64,000 nucleotides of DNA, from assembly GCA_963805975.1 (NCBI GenBank), contig CAWDVR010000004.1:512001-576000 (forward strand). Direction: 5' to 3'. Source of the stretch: an uncultured Acidobacteriota bacterium (lineage in GTDB: Bacteria > Acidobacteriota > Thermoanaerobaculia > Multivoradales > SZUA-115). Shown in pieces: positions 19,219 to 30,772 of the stretch. A model generated the notes under the pieces. It did not search any database. It was given only the letters and a program-made list of their open reading frames with translations, and had not been told where the DNA came from. Made by a program: the position numbers and the translations under genes. Each line of letters starts with the position of its first letter. Position 1 is the stretch's first letter.

Positions 19219-22200
19219 TCACGGCACCGGCTTGGTGGGCACGGAGTCGTAGTGCTCCTGGGTACGCACCGGGTCGGCCGGGCGGACCGGGAGCTTCTTG
19301 GGGTTGGCGGCGATGGCCTTCATCACCTCCGCGATGCCGCGCTCGAGCTGCGGGTCGCGGCCGGCGATCACCGACTGCGGGTCGTTGGCCACCTCGATGT
19401 CCGGCGCCACGCCGTACCCTTCGATGATGTACTGGCCGGAGACCGAGGCCGAGGCGCTCTCCGGCACGAAGACCTGGCCGCCGTCGACCAGGGGCCCGCG
19501 GCCCGAGATGCCGACCACCCCGCCCCAGCTCCGCTTGCCGATCAGGGGACCCAGGCCCGCCTGGCGGAACATGTAGGGAAAGATGTCGCCGTCCGAGGCC
19601 GAGGTCTCGGAGATCAGGCAGGCCATGGGGCCGTAGAAGGTGGCGACCGGGTAGGTGCCGGCCAGCTCGTCCGTGCGGCCGAAGTCGGTGCCCAGGAGGC
19701 GCCGCGACAGCCGCTCGATGAGCATCGGCGAGACGTTGCCGCCGCCGTTGCCCCGCACGTCGACCACCAGCCCTTCCTTGCGGATCTGACCGTAGTACCA
19801 CTTGATGAACTCGCGGATGCCGTCCTCGCCCATATCGGGGATGTGGAGGTAGCCCACCCGGCCGTTGGTGGCCTTGTCGACGCGCTCGTAGTTCCTGGTC
19901 ACCCAGTCGAGATAGATGAGCGGCGTCTCGCTCGAAATCGGCCGGAAGGTCACCTTGCGGGAGCCTTCGAGACTGGGCTTGGAGTGGACCGTCAGCTCCA
20001 CCGGCCGGTCCGCCTTGTTGCGCAGCAGCCGGTAGGGGTCGTCATTGCCTTTGAGCTCGACGCCGTCGATCTCCAGCACGTAGTCGCCTTCCTTCACCTC
20101 GACGCCGATCTCGGTGAGCGGCGAGCGGTAACGGTCCTCGCTGTTCTGGCCCGCGAAGATGTGGGCGATCTTGTACCTGCCCGCGGCGCGGTCGAGCTCG
20201 AAGCGGGCGCCCGGCAGCGCCACGCGCGCCCGTTCCGGCAGGTCGAAGTCGCCGCCGGCGATGTAGGCGTGGGAGATGTTGAGCTCGGCGATCATCTCGC
20301 CGATCACGTAGTTCAGGTCGGAGCGGTGGGCGACGTGCTGGAGGAGCGAGCGGTAGCGCTCGCCGATCGCCTGCCAGTCGTAGCCGTGCAGGTTGGCGAC
20401 GTAGAACCAGTCACGGAAGCGCCGCCAGACCTCGTCGAAGATCTGCCGCCACTCCTCCTCGGGCACGCGGTCCACCATCATCCCGGCGGTCGACACCGTC
20501 TTCTTGCTGTCGTCGCCGCCGGGCTTGGCCTCGTAGACGTTCCAGCGCTCACCCTGGTGCACGAGGACCTTGGAGCCGTCGGCGGAGAGTGAGTAGCCCG
20601 AGGTGTCCTTGGCGAGCACGTGGAACTCGCGGTCCTCGAGCGAGTAGACGTGGAGCGAAGGCTGGTCGTAGCTGTCGCGGCCGTAGAAGAACGCGCCGCC
20701 CTTGACCAGCAGGAGGTGTCCCTCCTTGGCGGCGAGGGCGAAGTAGTTGTCGGCCTCGACCGGCACTCGGGCGACGCGCTGCTCGATCCCGTCCCAGTCG
20801 ATCTTCACCGGCTTCCTGGCGGGCTTGGCGTCGCCTTCCTTCTCGTCGTCGCCCTTGCCCTTCTCGTCCTTCTTGTCCTTGTCTTTCGGGTCCTTCTCGT
20901 CGCCGGGTTTCTCGGCGTCCTTCTCTTCTTTCTTGTCGACGGTCACTTCGTCGCTCTCCGGCGGGAAGGGGTGCGGCGTTCCCTTGGCCAGGGCCACGAC
21001 GTAGACCTCGGTCGCACGATTGGTGACGAAGTTCCATTCGATGAACGAGATCTGCGGAGCGTTGGCGGCGTCGGCCAGGTAGTAGAGATACTGGCCCTTG
21101 GGATCCCAGACCGGGTTGTACTCGCTGCCGAGAGCGCCCGTCACCTGGCGCTTCTTGCCGTCGGCCAGGCTCCAGATGTGCACCGAGCGGAAACCGGACG
21201 CTTCCGCCAGGCTGAACGCCAGGTAGGCGCTGTCCGGGGACCAGGTGTAGTCGCCCACCTGCCCGCGCAGGTCGTCGGCGACCTGCACCACTTTGCGGTC
21301 GGCGATGGTCAGCACGTAGACCTTGCCGTCCTTGTCGGCGAAGGCGAGGCGCTTGCCGTCCGGCGACCAGACCGGCTGGTAGCGCATCGCCTTGCCGCCG
21401 GTGGTTAGCTGTACCGGCTTGCCCTTGCCGCTCTGGTCGAGGAGATAGATCTCCTCTTCACCCGAGGCGTCGGAGATGTAGGCGAGCTGCGAGCCGTCCG
21501 GCGACCAGTTGGCGGCCTTCTCGTGCGATTTCGGTGACTGCGTCAGGTTGCGGGTCGGGCCCTTCTCGATCGGCGCCGTGAACAGGTCGCCGCGCGAGGC
21601 GAAGGCGACGCGCTCGGCCTTGGGAGAGAGATCGAAGCTCTCGATGTCCTCGCCGGCCGGTACCCGGGACGGCCGCTTGTAGACGCCGTCGTCCGGCACG
21701 AAGATCGAGATCGCCTTGGCCTGTCGCGCCTTGGTGTCGTAGACCGAGAGCTCGCCGCCCAGCTCGTAGACGATCTTGCCGGTAGCCTCGTCGGCGCTCG
21801 CCCAGCGCACGTCCCAGGAGGTGCTCTTGGTGAGCTGCTCGGCCTCGCCGGGCTTCAGGTCCTGCGCGTAGAGGTTGAGCGTGCCGTCGCGGTCGGAGAC
21901 GAAGTAGAACTTGTCGCCGATCCACATCGGGTCGCGGTCGGTGCGTGGAGTGTTGGTGAGGTTGGTGGCCTGACTGCTCGCCAGGTCGTAGAGGTAGAGA
22001 TCCTGCGCCCAACCGCCCTGGTACCGCTTCCAGGTGCGGAAGTCGCGCGCCAGCGGCGAGTAGACCAGTTTCTTGCCGTCCGCCGAGAAGGCGCCGGCAC
22101 CCGAGGTGGGCATCGGCAGGGGCTCGGCCAGGCCACCGGTCGCGGGCACGGTGTAGAGGCGGCTGTCCGAGATGTCCCAGGTGTCCGAGAAAGCGCGGAA

Positions 22201-22611
22201 CAGCACGCTCTTGCCGTCCGGCGTCCAGCCGTAGACCTGGTGATCGTAGCCCCAGCGCGGGGGCAGGGGGCCCACGGCGGGGTAGAACGTGAGCTGCTTG
22301 GGCACGCCGCCGGCGGTCGGCACCACGTACACCTGCTCGTCGCCGTCGTACTGGCCGGTGAAGGCGATCCACTGGCCGTCGGGCGAGAACCTGGGGAAGA
22401 TCTCGAGGCCGGGATGGGCGGTGAGACGCCGGGCCGCGCCGCCGCCGGCGGGAGCCAGCCAGAGGTCGCCCGCGTAGACGAAGGCCACGGTGTCGCCATG
22501 GATGTCGGGGAAGCGCAGCAACTTCGTCTGCGCGGCCGCCGGGGCGGTCAGGCCGAGGCTCAAGCCCAAGCCCAGGGCCGCGCTGATCGAGATCGATCGA
22601 AATCGGGACAT
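19219..22611 (-). CDS. Tricorn protease homolog (S41 family; beta-propellers, PDZ), secreted
   Basis: Signal peptide; [10 protein letters not shown] start; PD40 repeats; [14 protein letters not shown] catalytic Ser motif and GKRSWGG. Confidence 0.95.
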   Translation of the reverse strand: MSRFRSISISAALGLGLSLGLTAPAAAQTKLLRFPDIHGDTVAFVYAGDLWLAPAGGGAARRLTAHPGLEIFPRFSPDGQWIAFTGQYDGDEQVYVVPTAGGVPKQLTFYPAVGPLPPRWGYDHQVYGWTPDGKSVLFRAFSDTWDISDSRLYTVPATGGLAEPLPMPTSGAGAFSADGKKLVYSPLARDFRTWKRYQGGWAQDLYLYDLASSQATNLTNTPRTDRDPMWIGDKFYFVSDRDGTLNLYAQDLKPGEAEQLTKSTSWDVRWASADEATGKIVYELGGELSVYDTKARQAKAISIFVPDDGVYKRPSRVPAGEDIESFDLSPKAERVAFASRGDLFTAPIEKGPTRNLTQSPKSHEKAANWSPDGSQLAYISDASGEEEIYLLDQSGKGKPVQLTTGGKAMRYQPVWSPDGKRLAFADKDGKVYVLTIADRKVVQVADDLRGQVGDYTWSPDSAYLAFSLAEASGFRSVHIWSLADGKKRQVTGALGSEYNPVWDPKGQYLYYLADAANAPQISFIEWNFVTNRATEVYVVALAKGTPHPFPPESDEVTVDKKEEKDAEKPGDEKDPKDKDKKDEKGKGDDEKEGDAKPARKPVKIDWDGIEQRVARVPVEADNYFALAAKEGHLLLVKGGAFFYGRDSYDQPSLHVYSLEDREFHVLAKDTSGYSLSADGSKVLVHQGERWNVYEAKPGGDDSKKTVSTAGMMVDRVPEEEWRQIFDEVWRRFRDWFYVANLHGYDWQAIGERYRSLLQHVAHRSDLNYVIGEMIAELNISHAYIAGGDFDLPERARVALPGARFELDRAAGRYKIAHIFAGQNSEDRYRSPLTEIGVEVKEGDYVLEIDGVELKGNDDPYRLLRNKADRPVELTVHSKPSLEGSRKVTFRPISSETPLIYLDWVTRNYERVDKATNGRVGYLHIPDMGEDGIREFIKWYYGQIRKEGLVVDVRGNGGGNVSPMLIERLSRRLLGTDFGRTDELAGTYPVATFYGPMACLISETSASDGDIFPYMFRQAGLGPLIGKRSWGGVVGISGRGPLVDGGQVFVPESASASVSGQYIIEGYGVAPDIEVANDPQSVIAGRDPQLERGIAEVMKAIAANPKKLPVRPADPVRTQEHYDSVPTKPVP

Positions 22612-22812
22612 GCTTTATCTCCAGGTTAGGTCGTCGAGCTTACTACGATTGTCGGCGGAGAAGGTTGCCGGCGGGTTTGCGGCCCCCCGGCTTATACCCT
22701 ATGCTTGCAGCCGCTTGCGGCTCCCCGAGCACCACGGAAGCTAGCGTCTAAGACTACACAGCTCCTAAGGCTATAAATCCCGCCGCTCCACGCTGGGAGA
22801 AGGGCTCTCTCG

Positions 22813-23793
22813 ATGGAGATTCACGACCACATCCTGCAAACGCTCGGCAACACGCCGCTCGTCCGACTGTCGCGGTTCTCGCGCCACGGCGCGCCGCTCG
22901 CCGCCAAGATCGAGTCCTTCAACCCCGGCTCGAGCGTCAAGGACCGCATCGGTCTGGCGATGATCGAGGCGGCCGAAGAGGCCGGCCAGCTCCAGCCGGG
23001 CGGCCTGATCGTCGAGCCCACCTCCGGCAACACCGGCGTGGGGCTGGTCATGGCGGCGATCCTCAAAGGCTACCGGCTGATCTGCACCGCGGCCGAGAAG
23101 ATCCCCAAGGAGAAGGTGGCGCTGCTCGAGGCCTACGGCGCCAAGGTCATCATCTGCCCCTTGGACGTCGAGCCCGACGACCCGCGGTCCTACTACAAGG
23201 TCGCCGAGCGCATCCGCGACGAGGAAGGCGCCTTCCTGCCCTACCAGTACTACAACCAGGCCAACCCCGGGGCCCACTACAAGACCACCGGCCCCGAGAT
23301 CTGGCGCCAGACCGACGGCAAGATCACGCACTGGGTGGCCGGCATCGGCACCGGCGGCACCCTGACCGGCTCGGCCAAGTTCTTGAAGGAGCAGAACCCC
23401 GCGATCCGCGTCATCGGCGTCGATCCGGTGGGCAGCATCTACGCCTACTACCAGCACCACGGCGTGATGCCGCCGCCCGAGGAGCAGGGCACCTATCTGA
23501 CCGACGGCATCGGCGGCTCGATCAAGGCCGAGTCCGCCTGGCTCGAGTACGTGGACGACATCATCTCGATGGACGACAAGACCGCGTACCAGACGACGCT
23601 CGAGCTGGCGCGCACCGAGGCCATCTTCGGCGGCTCCTCGAGCGGCGCCGCCGCGGCGGGAGCGCGCCGCATCGCCGCGGAGCTGCCGCCGGAGGCCCTG
23701 GTGGTGACGCTCTTCCCGGACTCGGGCGAGCGCTATCTGTCTCGCCTCAACGAGGAATGGATGCGCGCCAAGGGACTCCTCGACGAGCCCTAG
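22813..23793 (+). CDS. PLP-dependent cysteine synthase / cystathionine beta-synthase family protein
   Basis: KIESFNPGSSVKDRI, EPTSGNTG, GIGTGGT and PDSGERYLS. Confidence 0.93.
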   Translation: MEIHDHILQTLGNTPLVRLSRFSRHGAPLAAKIESFNPGSSVKDRIGLAMIEAAEEAGQLQPGGLIVEPTSGNTGVGLVMAAILKGYRLICTAAEKIPKEKVALLEAYGAKVIICPLDVEPDDPRSYYKVAERIRDEEGAFLPYQYYNQANPGAHYKTTGPEIWRQTDGKITHWVAGIGTGGTLTGSAKFLKEQNPAIRVIGVDPVGSIYAYYQHHGVMPPPEEQGTYLTDGIGGSIKAESAWLEYVDDIISMDDKTAYQTTLELARTEAIFGGSSSGAAAAGARRIAAELPPEALVVTLFPDSGERYLSRLNEEWMRAKGLLDEP

Positions 23794-23811
23794 CTCACGA
23801 AGGACGAAGGA

Positions 23812-24294
23812 ATGGCGATCTCAGCCGAAGACTACCGGGACGCCTTGCGCCACTTTCCCGCCGGGGTCACCATCCTGACAGTGCGGGTCGGCGAGGAGAT
23901 CCACGGCCTGACCGTCTCCGCCTTCGCCTCGGTGTCGCCCGCGCCGCCACTCGTCGCCGTGATCATCGACCTCCGCCACCACGCGCACGAGCTGCTCGAA
24001 ACGGAAGGGGCGGCCTTCGCCGTCAACGTGCTCGCCCACGACCAGCAGGAGCTCTCCAACCGCTTCGCCTGGACGCCCAGCGAGGAGCGCTTCGGCGCCG
24101 GCCGCTGGACGACGGCCGTCACCGGCGCGCCGATCCTCGAAGATGCCCTCGCCTGGCTCGACTGCCGGATCTACGGCCGTCACCCGGCGGGCAGCCATTC
24201 CATCTACGTCGGCGAGGTGCTGGCGAGCGGCGTGCCGAGGAACGAAGTGCAGCCGCTCGTGTACTGGAACCGCGACTACCGAAACCTGGCCTGA
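23812..24294 (+). CDS. Flavin reductase family protein
   Basis: YRDALRHFPAGVTI...SVSPAPPL...GSHSIYVGEV. Confidence 0.92.
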   Translation: MAISAEDYRDALRHFPAGVTILTVRVGEEIHGLTVSAFASVSPAPPLVAVIIDLRHHAHELLETEGAAFAVNVLAHDQQELSNRFAWTPSEERFGAGRWTTAVTGAPILEDALAWLDCRIYGRHPAGSHSIYVGEVLASGVPRNEVQPLVYWNRDYRNLA

Positions 24295-24303
24295 GGAGGC
24301 CCC

Positions 24304-25581
24304 ATGCGGCGAGCGATCGGCACCTTGGCAACGTGGACGGCGCTCGCTTGCGCCGCGGGTGCCGCAGCCGGAGAGGACCAGGGCTCGACCATGGAGCGAT
24401 TCCGTTCGCTGTTGCGCGAAGCGCCGCTCACCGACGGCCACAACGACCTGCCCTGGGCCTTGCGCGACAAGTACGGCGGCAAGCTCGACACCGTCGACCT
24501 GCGCCAGGATCTCTCCTCCGGCGAGAAGGCCCTCCAGACCGACATCCCCCGCCTCGCTCGAGGCGGTGTCGGCGCGCAATTCTGGTCGGTCTACGTGCCG
24601 GTCGATCTCGCGGGTGCAGCGGCTGTCGCGGCGGTGTTCGAGCAGATCGACCTCGTCCACCGGCTGTGCGCCCGCTACCCCGAAACCTTCGAGCTGGCGC
24701 TCACCGCCGCGGACGTCGAGCGGATCGCCAAGACCGGGAAAATCGCCTCGCTGATCGGTATGGAAGGCGGGCACTCGATCCACGAGTCTCTCGCCCTGCT
24801 GCGCCGCGCCTACGACGCCGGCGCCCGCTACATGACGCTCACTCACTGGGCGGCGACCGGCTGGGCCGACTCGGCCACGGACGCGCCCAAGCACGGCGGC
24901 CTGACGCGCTTCGGCGAAGAGGTGGTGCGCGAGATGAACCGGCTCGGCATGCTGGTCGACCTCTCGCACGTCTCGGCCGAGACGATGCACGACGCGCTCG
25001 CCGTGGCGGCTGCGCCGGTCATCTTTTCGCACTCCTCGGCACGGGCTTTGACCGCACATCCCCGCAACGTGCCGGATGACGTCCTGGCGAAGCTCCGGGA
25101 CAACGGCGGCCTGGTGATGGTGACCTTCGTGCCGGCCTTCGTCAGCGAGGAGGTGCGCGCCTGGGAAGCGGACGAGGCGGCGGAGAAGGCGCGGCTCGAC
25201 GTGCTGCATGTGGGCGACCCCGACGGAAACAAGCAAGCCCTCGCGGCCTGGACAGGATCGCACCCGGCGCCCCAGGCCACGCTCGCGCAGGTCGCGGACC
25301 ACCTGGACCACGTGCGCAAAGTGGCGGGCAGCGATCACGTGGGCGTCGGCTCGGACTTCGACGGCATCGAGCGCGGACCGGTCGGGCTGGAGGACGTCTC
25401 GACCTACCCGGCGCTCTTCGCCGAGCTCTCCCGGCGCGGCTGGTCCGACGAGGATCTGCGCAAGGCGGCCGGCGGCAACCTCCTGCGGGTCCTCCACGAG
25501 GCCGAGCGCACCGCGGCCCGCCTGCGCGCCGAGCGGCCGGCCTCGGAGGCGAAGATCGGGGATCTGGACAAGAGCGAGTAG
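24304..25581 (+). CDS. Membrane dipeptidase (peptidase M19)
   Basis: [25 protein letters not shown] and GSDFDG. Confidence 0.95.
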   Translation: MRRAIGTLATWTALACAAGAAAGEDQGSTMERFRSLLREAPLTDGHNDLPWALRDKYGGKLDTVDLRQDLSSGEKALQTDIPRLARGGVGAQFWSVYVPVDLAGAAAVAAVFEQIDLVHRLCARYPETFELALTAADVERIAKTGKIASLIGMEGGHSIHESLALLRRAYDAGARYMTLTHWAATGWADSATDAPKHGGLTRFGEEVVREMNRLGMLVDLSHVSAETMHDALAVAAAPVIFSHSSARALTAHPRNVPDDVLAKLRDNGGLVMVTFVPAFVSEEVRAWEADEAAEKARLDVLHVGDPDGNKQALAAWTGSHPAPQATLAQVADHLDHVRKVAGSDHVGVGSDFDGIERGPVGLEDVSTYPALFAELSRRGWSDEDLRKAAGGNLLRVLHEAERTAARLRAERPASEAKIGDLDKSE

Positions 25582-25599
25582 GGGCCGAGGCGGGCTGCT

Positions 25600-26979
25600 T
25601 CAGCGCCGGCTGCCGGGCTCGATTCGTTGGCTGCCGGATTGGGCTGCCAGGTCGAGTGCCAGGATCTTTTCCTTGTCGCGTACGAAGAGAGTGGTCGAGA
25701 CCAGGGTGGGGAGCGTCCAGGCGTGTGGCGCCGCGATCTTGGTGGCGGCCAGGAACTCGAACTCTTGCGGGGAGACCCGGGCGAGTGCCAGCCTGCCGTC
25801 CTCGGTGAGGAAGAGGAGCTTGCCGTCGGCCCACAGGGCCTGCGCCTTGTGAAAGCCCGCCTCCTGCCAGGTGACCTCGCCGGTCTTCCAGCGGACGGCG
25901 GCGAGCCGCGAGGTGTCGTTGCCGCCGATCGAGCCGTAGAGGAAGTCGCCGCGACAGTGGAGTGTCCAGTGCGACGTCCTGAGCTTTGGGCTGAACCAGA
26001 GCTCCTTGACCCCGAGACCGCCCTTCCCCGGCTGGATCTCGAGGAGGCGCCCCCCTCCGGTGTCGAACTGGCTGCTGATCCAGAGGTGGTTTTCGTCACA
26101 CCGGACCGCCGGCGTCAGGTGGTTGCCGTTGTTGAAGGGGATCGCGTGCTTCCAGAGCGTCTTGCCGGTGACGGGATCGAGAGCGACGACGCCCTCGGGC
26201 TCGAAGTAGATGTAGTGCTCGCGACCCGCGATGCGAGTGAGGGTCGGCTGCGCGTAGCTGACGCCGCCGGGCCCGCTCTTCCACACCACCGAGCCGTCGG
26301 CCGGGTCGAAGGCGACGACGGCGGCCTCGTCTCCTCCGACCAGGGTGAGGATGGTGCCGTTGTAGGAGAGTGGGCTGCCCGAGTATCCGTACTCCTCGAC
26401 TCGCTTGCGCCGGCCGAGCTCACGCGGCAGATCGTGTTTCCAGGCCACCGCACCCGTGCGCGCGTCGAGCGCCCGCATCCTGCCCGAGATGCCGATGCCG
26501 ACGACCTTGTTGGCGACGAACAGGGGAGTCGAGTTGGGGCCCAGGCCGAAGCTGTGCTCCATTTCCGGCCAGTAGCTCGGCGTGTCGCGTTGCTCCCATA
26601 GAGTCGAGCCGGTCCGGGCGTCGAGCGCCACGATCACGTCCTCGGTGCCGTCGCGAAACATGGTGAAGAGCCGTCCGCCCTCGTAGAGGATCGAGGAGTA
26701 GCCACCCCCCAAGGACCGTTGCCAGAGCCGCCGCGGGCCGTCCGCGGGCCACTCCTCGGCAAGCGCGCCCGCACCCGCGGTGAAGTCGCCTCCGGGGCCC
26801 GCCCAGCTCAGCCAGCCTTCGGGTCCGCCGCCCGGTGCCACGGGCTGGCCGGGAGCAGCGCCGCGCTCCCGGCCGCCGGCGATCAGGGACACGAGGAGAA
26901 CGAGGGCCACCGCCACTGCCAGGCGGACTAAGCGAACACCCCGGGACACCTGCGCGCGAGCCGGAATCACAGCGTGCAT
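25600..26979 (-). CDS. PQQ-like beta-propeller repeat protein, secreted
   Basis: W..W.GP motif and repeated ALDARTG..W blades; probable start ATG 26979. Confidence 0.85.
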   Translation of the reverse strand: MHAVIPARAQVSRGVRLVRLAVAVALVLLVSLIAGGRERGAAPGQPVAPGGGPEGWLSWAGPGGDFTAGAGALAEEWPADGPRRLWQRSLGGGYSSILYEGGRLFTMFRDGTEDVIVALDARTGSTLWEQRDTPSYWPEMEHSFGLGPNSTPLFVANKVVGIGISGRMRALDARTGAVAWKHDLPRELGRRKRVEEYGYSGSPLSYNGTILTLVGGDEAAVVAFDPADGSVVWKSGPGGVSYAQPTLTRIAGREHYIYFEPEGVVALDPVTGKTLWKHAIPFNNGNHLTPAVRCDENHLWISSQFDTGGGRLLEIQPGKGGLGVKELWFSPKLRTSHWTLHCRGDFLYGSIGGNDTSRLAAVRWKTGEVTWQEAGFHKAQALWADGKLLFLTEDGRLALARVSPQEFEFLAATKIAAPHAWTLPTLVSTTLFVRDKEKILALDLAAQSGSQRIEPGSRR

Positions 26980-26996
26980 CTCCTGAGCCTCCAGCA

Positions 26997-28013
26997 CTAT
27001 CCGTCGACCTGCAGCACGATCTTCCCGAAGTGCTTCCCCGCGGCCATGCGGTCGAGAGCGGCGCGCGCTTCGGTCCACGGCAGCGCCGAGTCGACGACCG
27101 GCCGCAGGCCCTGGGCCGAGAGCGCGCGGTTCATGGCCTCGAAGGACTCCCGGTCGCCCACCAGGATGCCCTGGAGGCGCACCCGCTGCATGAAGATCGG
27201 CACGATCGACAGCTCTGCCGCGCCGCCGGCCAGCACGCCGATCAGCGCAATGGTGCCGCCGAACCGCACGGCGGCGAGCGACTGCGCGAGCGTGCCGGCA
27301 CCGCCGACCTCGAGCACCAGGTCGGCTCCCCGGCCTTCGGTCAGCTCCTTGACCCGCACGCCCCATTTCGGGGTCGAGCGGTAGTTGATCGTCTCCCAGG
27401 CGCCCAGCGCTCGGGCCCGATCCAGCTTCTCGTCGCTTCCCGAGGTGACGATCACCCGCGCCCCGGCGAGCTGGGCGAGCTGCAACGCGAAGATCGAGAC
27501 GCCGCCGGTGCCCTGCACCACCACGGTCTCTCCGGGCTGTACGCGGCCCTCGGTCGAGAGCGCGTTCCAGGCCGTGACCGCGGCGCAGGGCAGGGTCGAA
27601 GCCTCCTCGTAGCTCAGGTGCTCCGGGATCGCCACGCAGCCCTGCTCGGAGAGCACGATCTCCTGGGCCAGCGTGCCGTCGAGCGGCCCGCCGAGCGTGG
27701 CGCGCACCTTCTCGCGGCTGGGCTCCCCGGCGATCCACGGCGGCGCGAAGATCGGCATCACCCGGTCTCCGAGCTCGAAGCGCTCCACGCCTGGCCCCAC
27801 CGCCACCACCTCGCCGGCGCCGTCCGAGCAGGGGATGAACGGCAGCGGCTGGCGCGGGTTGTAGAGGCCCTGGATCATCATCAAATCGCGGTAGTTGAGC
27901 GACACGGCGCGGATCGCCACCCGCACCTGCCCGGGCCCGGGCTCCACTTGCGGGCGCTCGGTGAGCACCAGGTGGTCGAGCCCGAAGGCTCCTTGAACCT
28001 CGAAGGCTCTCAT
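26997..28013 (-). CDS. MDR-family NAD(P)-dependent alcohol dehydrogenase / quinone reductase
   Basis: SLNYRDL, SDGAGEV, LPCAAVTAW, GTGGVS and GKHFGKIV. Confidence 0.93.
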   Translation of the reverse strand: MRAFEVQGAFGLDHLVLTERPQVEPGPGQVRVAIRAVSLNYRDLMMIQGLYNPRQPLPFIPCSDGAGEVVAVGPGVERFELGDRVMPIFAPPWIAGEPSREKVRATLGGPLDGTLAQEIVLSEQGCVAIPEHLSYEEASTLPCAAVTAWNALSTEGRVQPGETVVVQGTGGVSIFALQLAQLAGARVIVTSGSDEKLDRARALGAWETINYRSTPKWGVRVKELTEGRGADLVLEVGGAGTLAQSLAAVRFGGTIALIGVLAGGAAELSIVPIFMQRVRLQGILVGDRESFEAMNRALSAQGLRPVVDSALPWTEARAALDRMAAGKHFGKIVLQVDG

Positions 28014-28465
28014 TCGGGCTCGTGGACGAAGTGGGTGGGCGGGCCGCCGGTGGGGTAGAGGTCGGAAGCCAGGAGAGTGAAGCCCTCGTGGAGACTCAGC
28101 TTCCTGTCGAACGTCACGGTGTCGGAGCAACCGGCCAGCCTGCCGATCTCTCCCACGAGGTAGTCGGAGAACCCGGCTTTCCCGTCTCGGTACAAGACGA
28201 GAGCGTTTCTCACGGCATCATGGCTCTCGAGCAGGAAGACGCGGCTCTCGAGGATGCCTTCGATCAGCTCCGTGATCGACGACCGCTCGAAAGCATAGCG
28301 CCCACGTTCGAGCGTCCAGACCAGCTCGCATAGCGCGACCGAAGTGATGAACCCACCTTCACGCTGGATCTCCAGGTCGTAGAAGAAGTCCCTGACCAGC
28401 GGGAACTGTGCCGGGTCGTCAGCCGTGAAGTACCGGACGAGTAGGTTGGTATCGATCCCGCGCAA
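28010..28465 (-). CDS. VapC/PIN-domain toxin
   Basis: IDTNLLVR...ELVWTL...FSDYL...TVTFDRK; start uncertain (TTG 28465 or ATG 28492). Confidence 0.88.
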   Translation of the reverse strand: MRGIDTNLLVRYFTADDPAQFPLVRDFFYDLEIQREGGFITSVALCELVWTLERGRYAFERSSITELIEGILESRVFLLESHDAVRNALVLYRDGKAGFSDYLVGEIGRLAGCSDTVTFDRKLSLHEGFTLLASDLYPTGGPPTHFVHEPE

Positions 28466-28466
28466 T

Positions 28467-28733
28467 TCAGTGGCCTCGCCGGATACGGTCATCCTCGGAG
28501 GTCACGTAGTCGATGATCACCTGGTCCAACTCCTCCTGCGTCATCGGCTTCATCCCCGGCCGGTGAAGCAGGCCGGCCAGTTCCCTGACCGAGCGACCCA
28601 GACGCCGCAGCCGGACCCGGCCGTCTTTCTCCATGGTGAACTCCAGCCGGTCGCCGTCCCTGGCACCGAGGAAGTCCCGGACCTCTTTGGGGATCGTGAT
28701 CTGGCCCTTGCTACTAACAGTTGCGGTTGGCAT
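28467..28733 (-). CDS. AbrB/MazE-family antitoxin
   Basis: ATVSSKGQITIPKEVRDFLG...GDRLEF. Confidence 0.92.
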   Translation of the reverse strand: MPTATVSSKGQITIPKEVRDFLGARDGDRLEFTMEKDGRVRLRRLGRSVRELAGLLHRPGMKPMTQEELDQVIIDYVTSEDDRIRRGH

Positions 28734-28770
28734 ACCCTCTCCTTACTCAGGGTAAGGAGAGGGTACCACG

Positions 28771-30219
28771 CTATTGCCCGTCTTTGGGAGCCCGTGCCCG
28801 GCCGAAGCCGGGTTCCATTTCGGCTGCGGCGTAGGCGAAGACGGCGTGGGCGGCCACGTTCTGTTGGAGGCCGGCCTGGTCGACCTGCGCCAGCGTGTCG
28901 TTGACCGTGTGGTGGACGTCGAAATAGAGAGTGGTGTCCTGCCAGAGGCCGAAGAGCGGGACGCGGGCAGCCGTCATGGGGGAGAGGTCGGCGCCGCCCT
29001 GGCCGTCGTTGTTGCCGCGGGCGATGCCCAGGGGCGCCAGCAGCCGCGCCACCGTCTCGACCGCCGGGAGGGCCGCTTCCTCGACCCCCGAGGTGAAGGA
29101 CCACAAGGCCCCCGAGCCGAGGTCTGCCTCGACGGCCGCCACGTGCCGGGCGAGCTCCGCTTCGTGCGCCGCGGCGTAGGCTCGGGCGCCGGAGAGCCCG
29201 AACTCCTCGTTGGCGAAGAGCACCACGCGCACCGTGCGGCGCGGGCGGACGGGCAGCTCCGCGATCAGCTTGGCGGTGGCCATGACGATCGCACAGCCGG
29301 CGCCGTCGTCGAGGGCGCCTTGGCCCAGGTCCCAGGAGTCGAGATGGGCGCCGAGGAGCACGATCTCCTCCGGCTTCTCGCGGCCACGGATCTCGCCGAT
29401 CACGTTGGCGGACTGGGCATCGGGGAGCACGCGGGTGGTGAGGCGCAGGCGGAAGCGCACGGTCTTGCCGCTCTTCGCCTGGGCGGCAACGAGGTCCGCG
29501 TCCGGGTTCGAGAGCGCTGCGGCCGGGATTCTCCGGACCCCCTCCTGCTCGCGGGTGGCGCCGGTGTGGGCGATGCGGTTGTCGGAGGTGCCGGCGGAGC
29601 GGATCAGCAGGGCCACGGCCCCCTTCTTCGAGGCCTCGGAAGGGCCGGCACCGCGCTTGGCGACCGCGCGTCCGTAGCCCGAGGCGTCGCGCGTCGGCTC
29701 CATCCTGCCGTCGATGAACACGATCTTGCCGGCGGCCCCGCCTTCCGGCAGAGCCCGGAGCGCGTCGAGCGAATCGACGTACAGAACCTCGGCTTCGATT
29801 CCCGCCGGCGGGGTGGCGACGCTGCCGCCCAGCGCCGCGAGCACCACGGGCTGCGGGTAGGGCGCGACGATCTCGCCGCTCCCTTCGCCGCGCTCCCAGT
29901 GCGGCACGGTCACCGGCTCGGAGCGCACCTGCTCGAAGCCCAGCTCGCGGAGCTTGGCGAGCGCCCACTGAACGGCCCGTGCGTCGCCGGGCGAGCCGGC
30001 CAGCCGGGGGCCGACCTCGACCGAGAGCGAGCTCACGAGCTGGTAGGCGAGATCGCTCGTCCCGGCTCGTTCGCGCAGGGCTTCGGCTGTACGCGCCAGC
30101 TCGTCGGCAGTGGGCGGGGCCACCTCGGCGGCGCCGGAGAGCGACCAGGCCGCGGCGAGCGCCGACGCCACGGCGAGGACGGCACCGGTCCGCCACGGGC
30201 GATTGCGCAACGCTCTCAT
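28771..30219 (-). CDS. M28-family metallopeptidase (carboxypeptidase Q-like)
   Basis: GPRLAGS, GAHLDSWDLGQGALDDGAG, ANEEFG and HHTVND. Confidence 0.92.
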   Translation of the reverse strand: MRALRNRPWRTGAVLAVASALAAAWSLSGAAEVAPPTADELARTAEALRERAGTSDLAYQLVSSLSVEVGPRLAGSPGDARAVQWALAKLRELGFEQVRSEPVTVPHWERGEGSGEIVAPYPQPVVLAALGGSVATPPAGIEAEVLYVDSLDALRALPEGGAAGKIVFIDGRMEPTRDASGYGRAVAKRGAGPSEASKKGAVALLIRSAGTSDNRIAHTGATREQEGVRRIPAAALSNPDADLVAAQAKSGKTVRFRLRLTTRVLPDAQSANVIGEIRGREKPEEIVLLGAHLDSWDLGQGALDDGAGCAIVMATAKLIAELPVRPRRTVRVVLFANEEFGLSGARAYAAAHEAELARHVAAVEADLGSGALWSFTSGVEEAALPAVETVARLLAPLGIARGNNDGQGGADLSPMTAARVPLFGLWQDTTLYFDVHHTVNDTLAQVDQAGLQQNVAAHAVFAYAAAEMEPGFGRARAPKDGQ

Positions 30220-30650
30220 GTTCCCTCCTGGACGAGCGCGGAGACGAGCTTTGCCGCCAGCTCCTGGCCGGCCTCCGCCTCCAGCCGCCCGGCCCGCCAG
30301 TCGATGTCGAGGCCGCTGCCGGCGAACTTGGGGATCAGGTGGAAGTGGACGTGCATCACCACCTGGTGCGCGGCGCTGCCGTTGTTCTGCAGCACGTTGT
30401 AGGCCGTGGCACCGGTCACCCGCTTCACGGCCCGCGCGAGGCGCGGCAGCACGCGGCCGATGGCGGCCCCGGCCTCGTCGGAGAGCTCGTCGAGCTGCGC
30501 CCGGCGCTCTTTTGGGATCACCAGCAGGTGGCCCCGCGACAGCGGGTTGATGTCCAGGAAGGCGAGCACGTGCTCGTCCTCGTAGACGCGGTGGCAGGGG
30601 ATCTCGCCGTCGAGGATGCGGTCGAAAATGGTGCGTTCGCGGTCGCTCAT
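30216..30650 (-). CDS. HIT family nucleotide hydrolase
   Basis: FLDINPLSRGH and HVHFH histidine triad. Confidence 0.95.
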   Translation of the reverse strand: MSDRERTIFDRILDGEIPCHRVYEDEHVLAFLDINPLSRGHLLVIPKERRAQLDELSDEAGAAIGRVLPRLARAVKRVTGATAYNVLQNNGSAAHQVVMHVHFHLIPKFAGSGLDIDWRAGRLEAEAGQELAAKLVSALVQEGT

Positions 30651-30772
30651 AGAGATTTCTGGCGGTGGTTTTGGTGTCCGCTCGTCCGTGCGCCTATGAT
30701 AGTAGTAATTCGCGCCCGGCAGCCCCCGGACTGAATCACGCGGGCCGAATCAATGCGGGCCGGAAGCTCGGC

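Noticed and set aside
20810-20950. Lys/Asp/Glu-rich repetitive stretch in the tricorn gene
   Set aside because: Ordinary low-complexity linker, common in bacterial tricorn homologs.
26980-27738. Apparent 712-aa version of the PQQ-repeat protein
   Set aside because: The extension overlaps the alcohol dehydrogenase gene in another frame and is low-complexity Arg/Gly/Ala.
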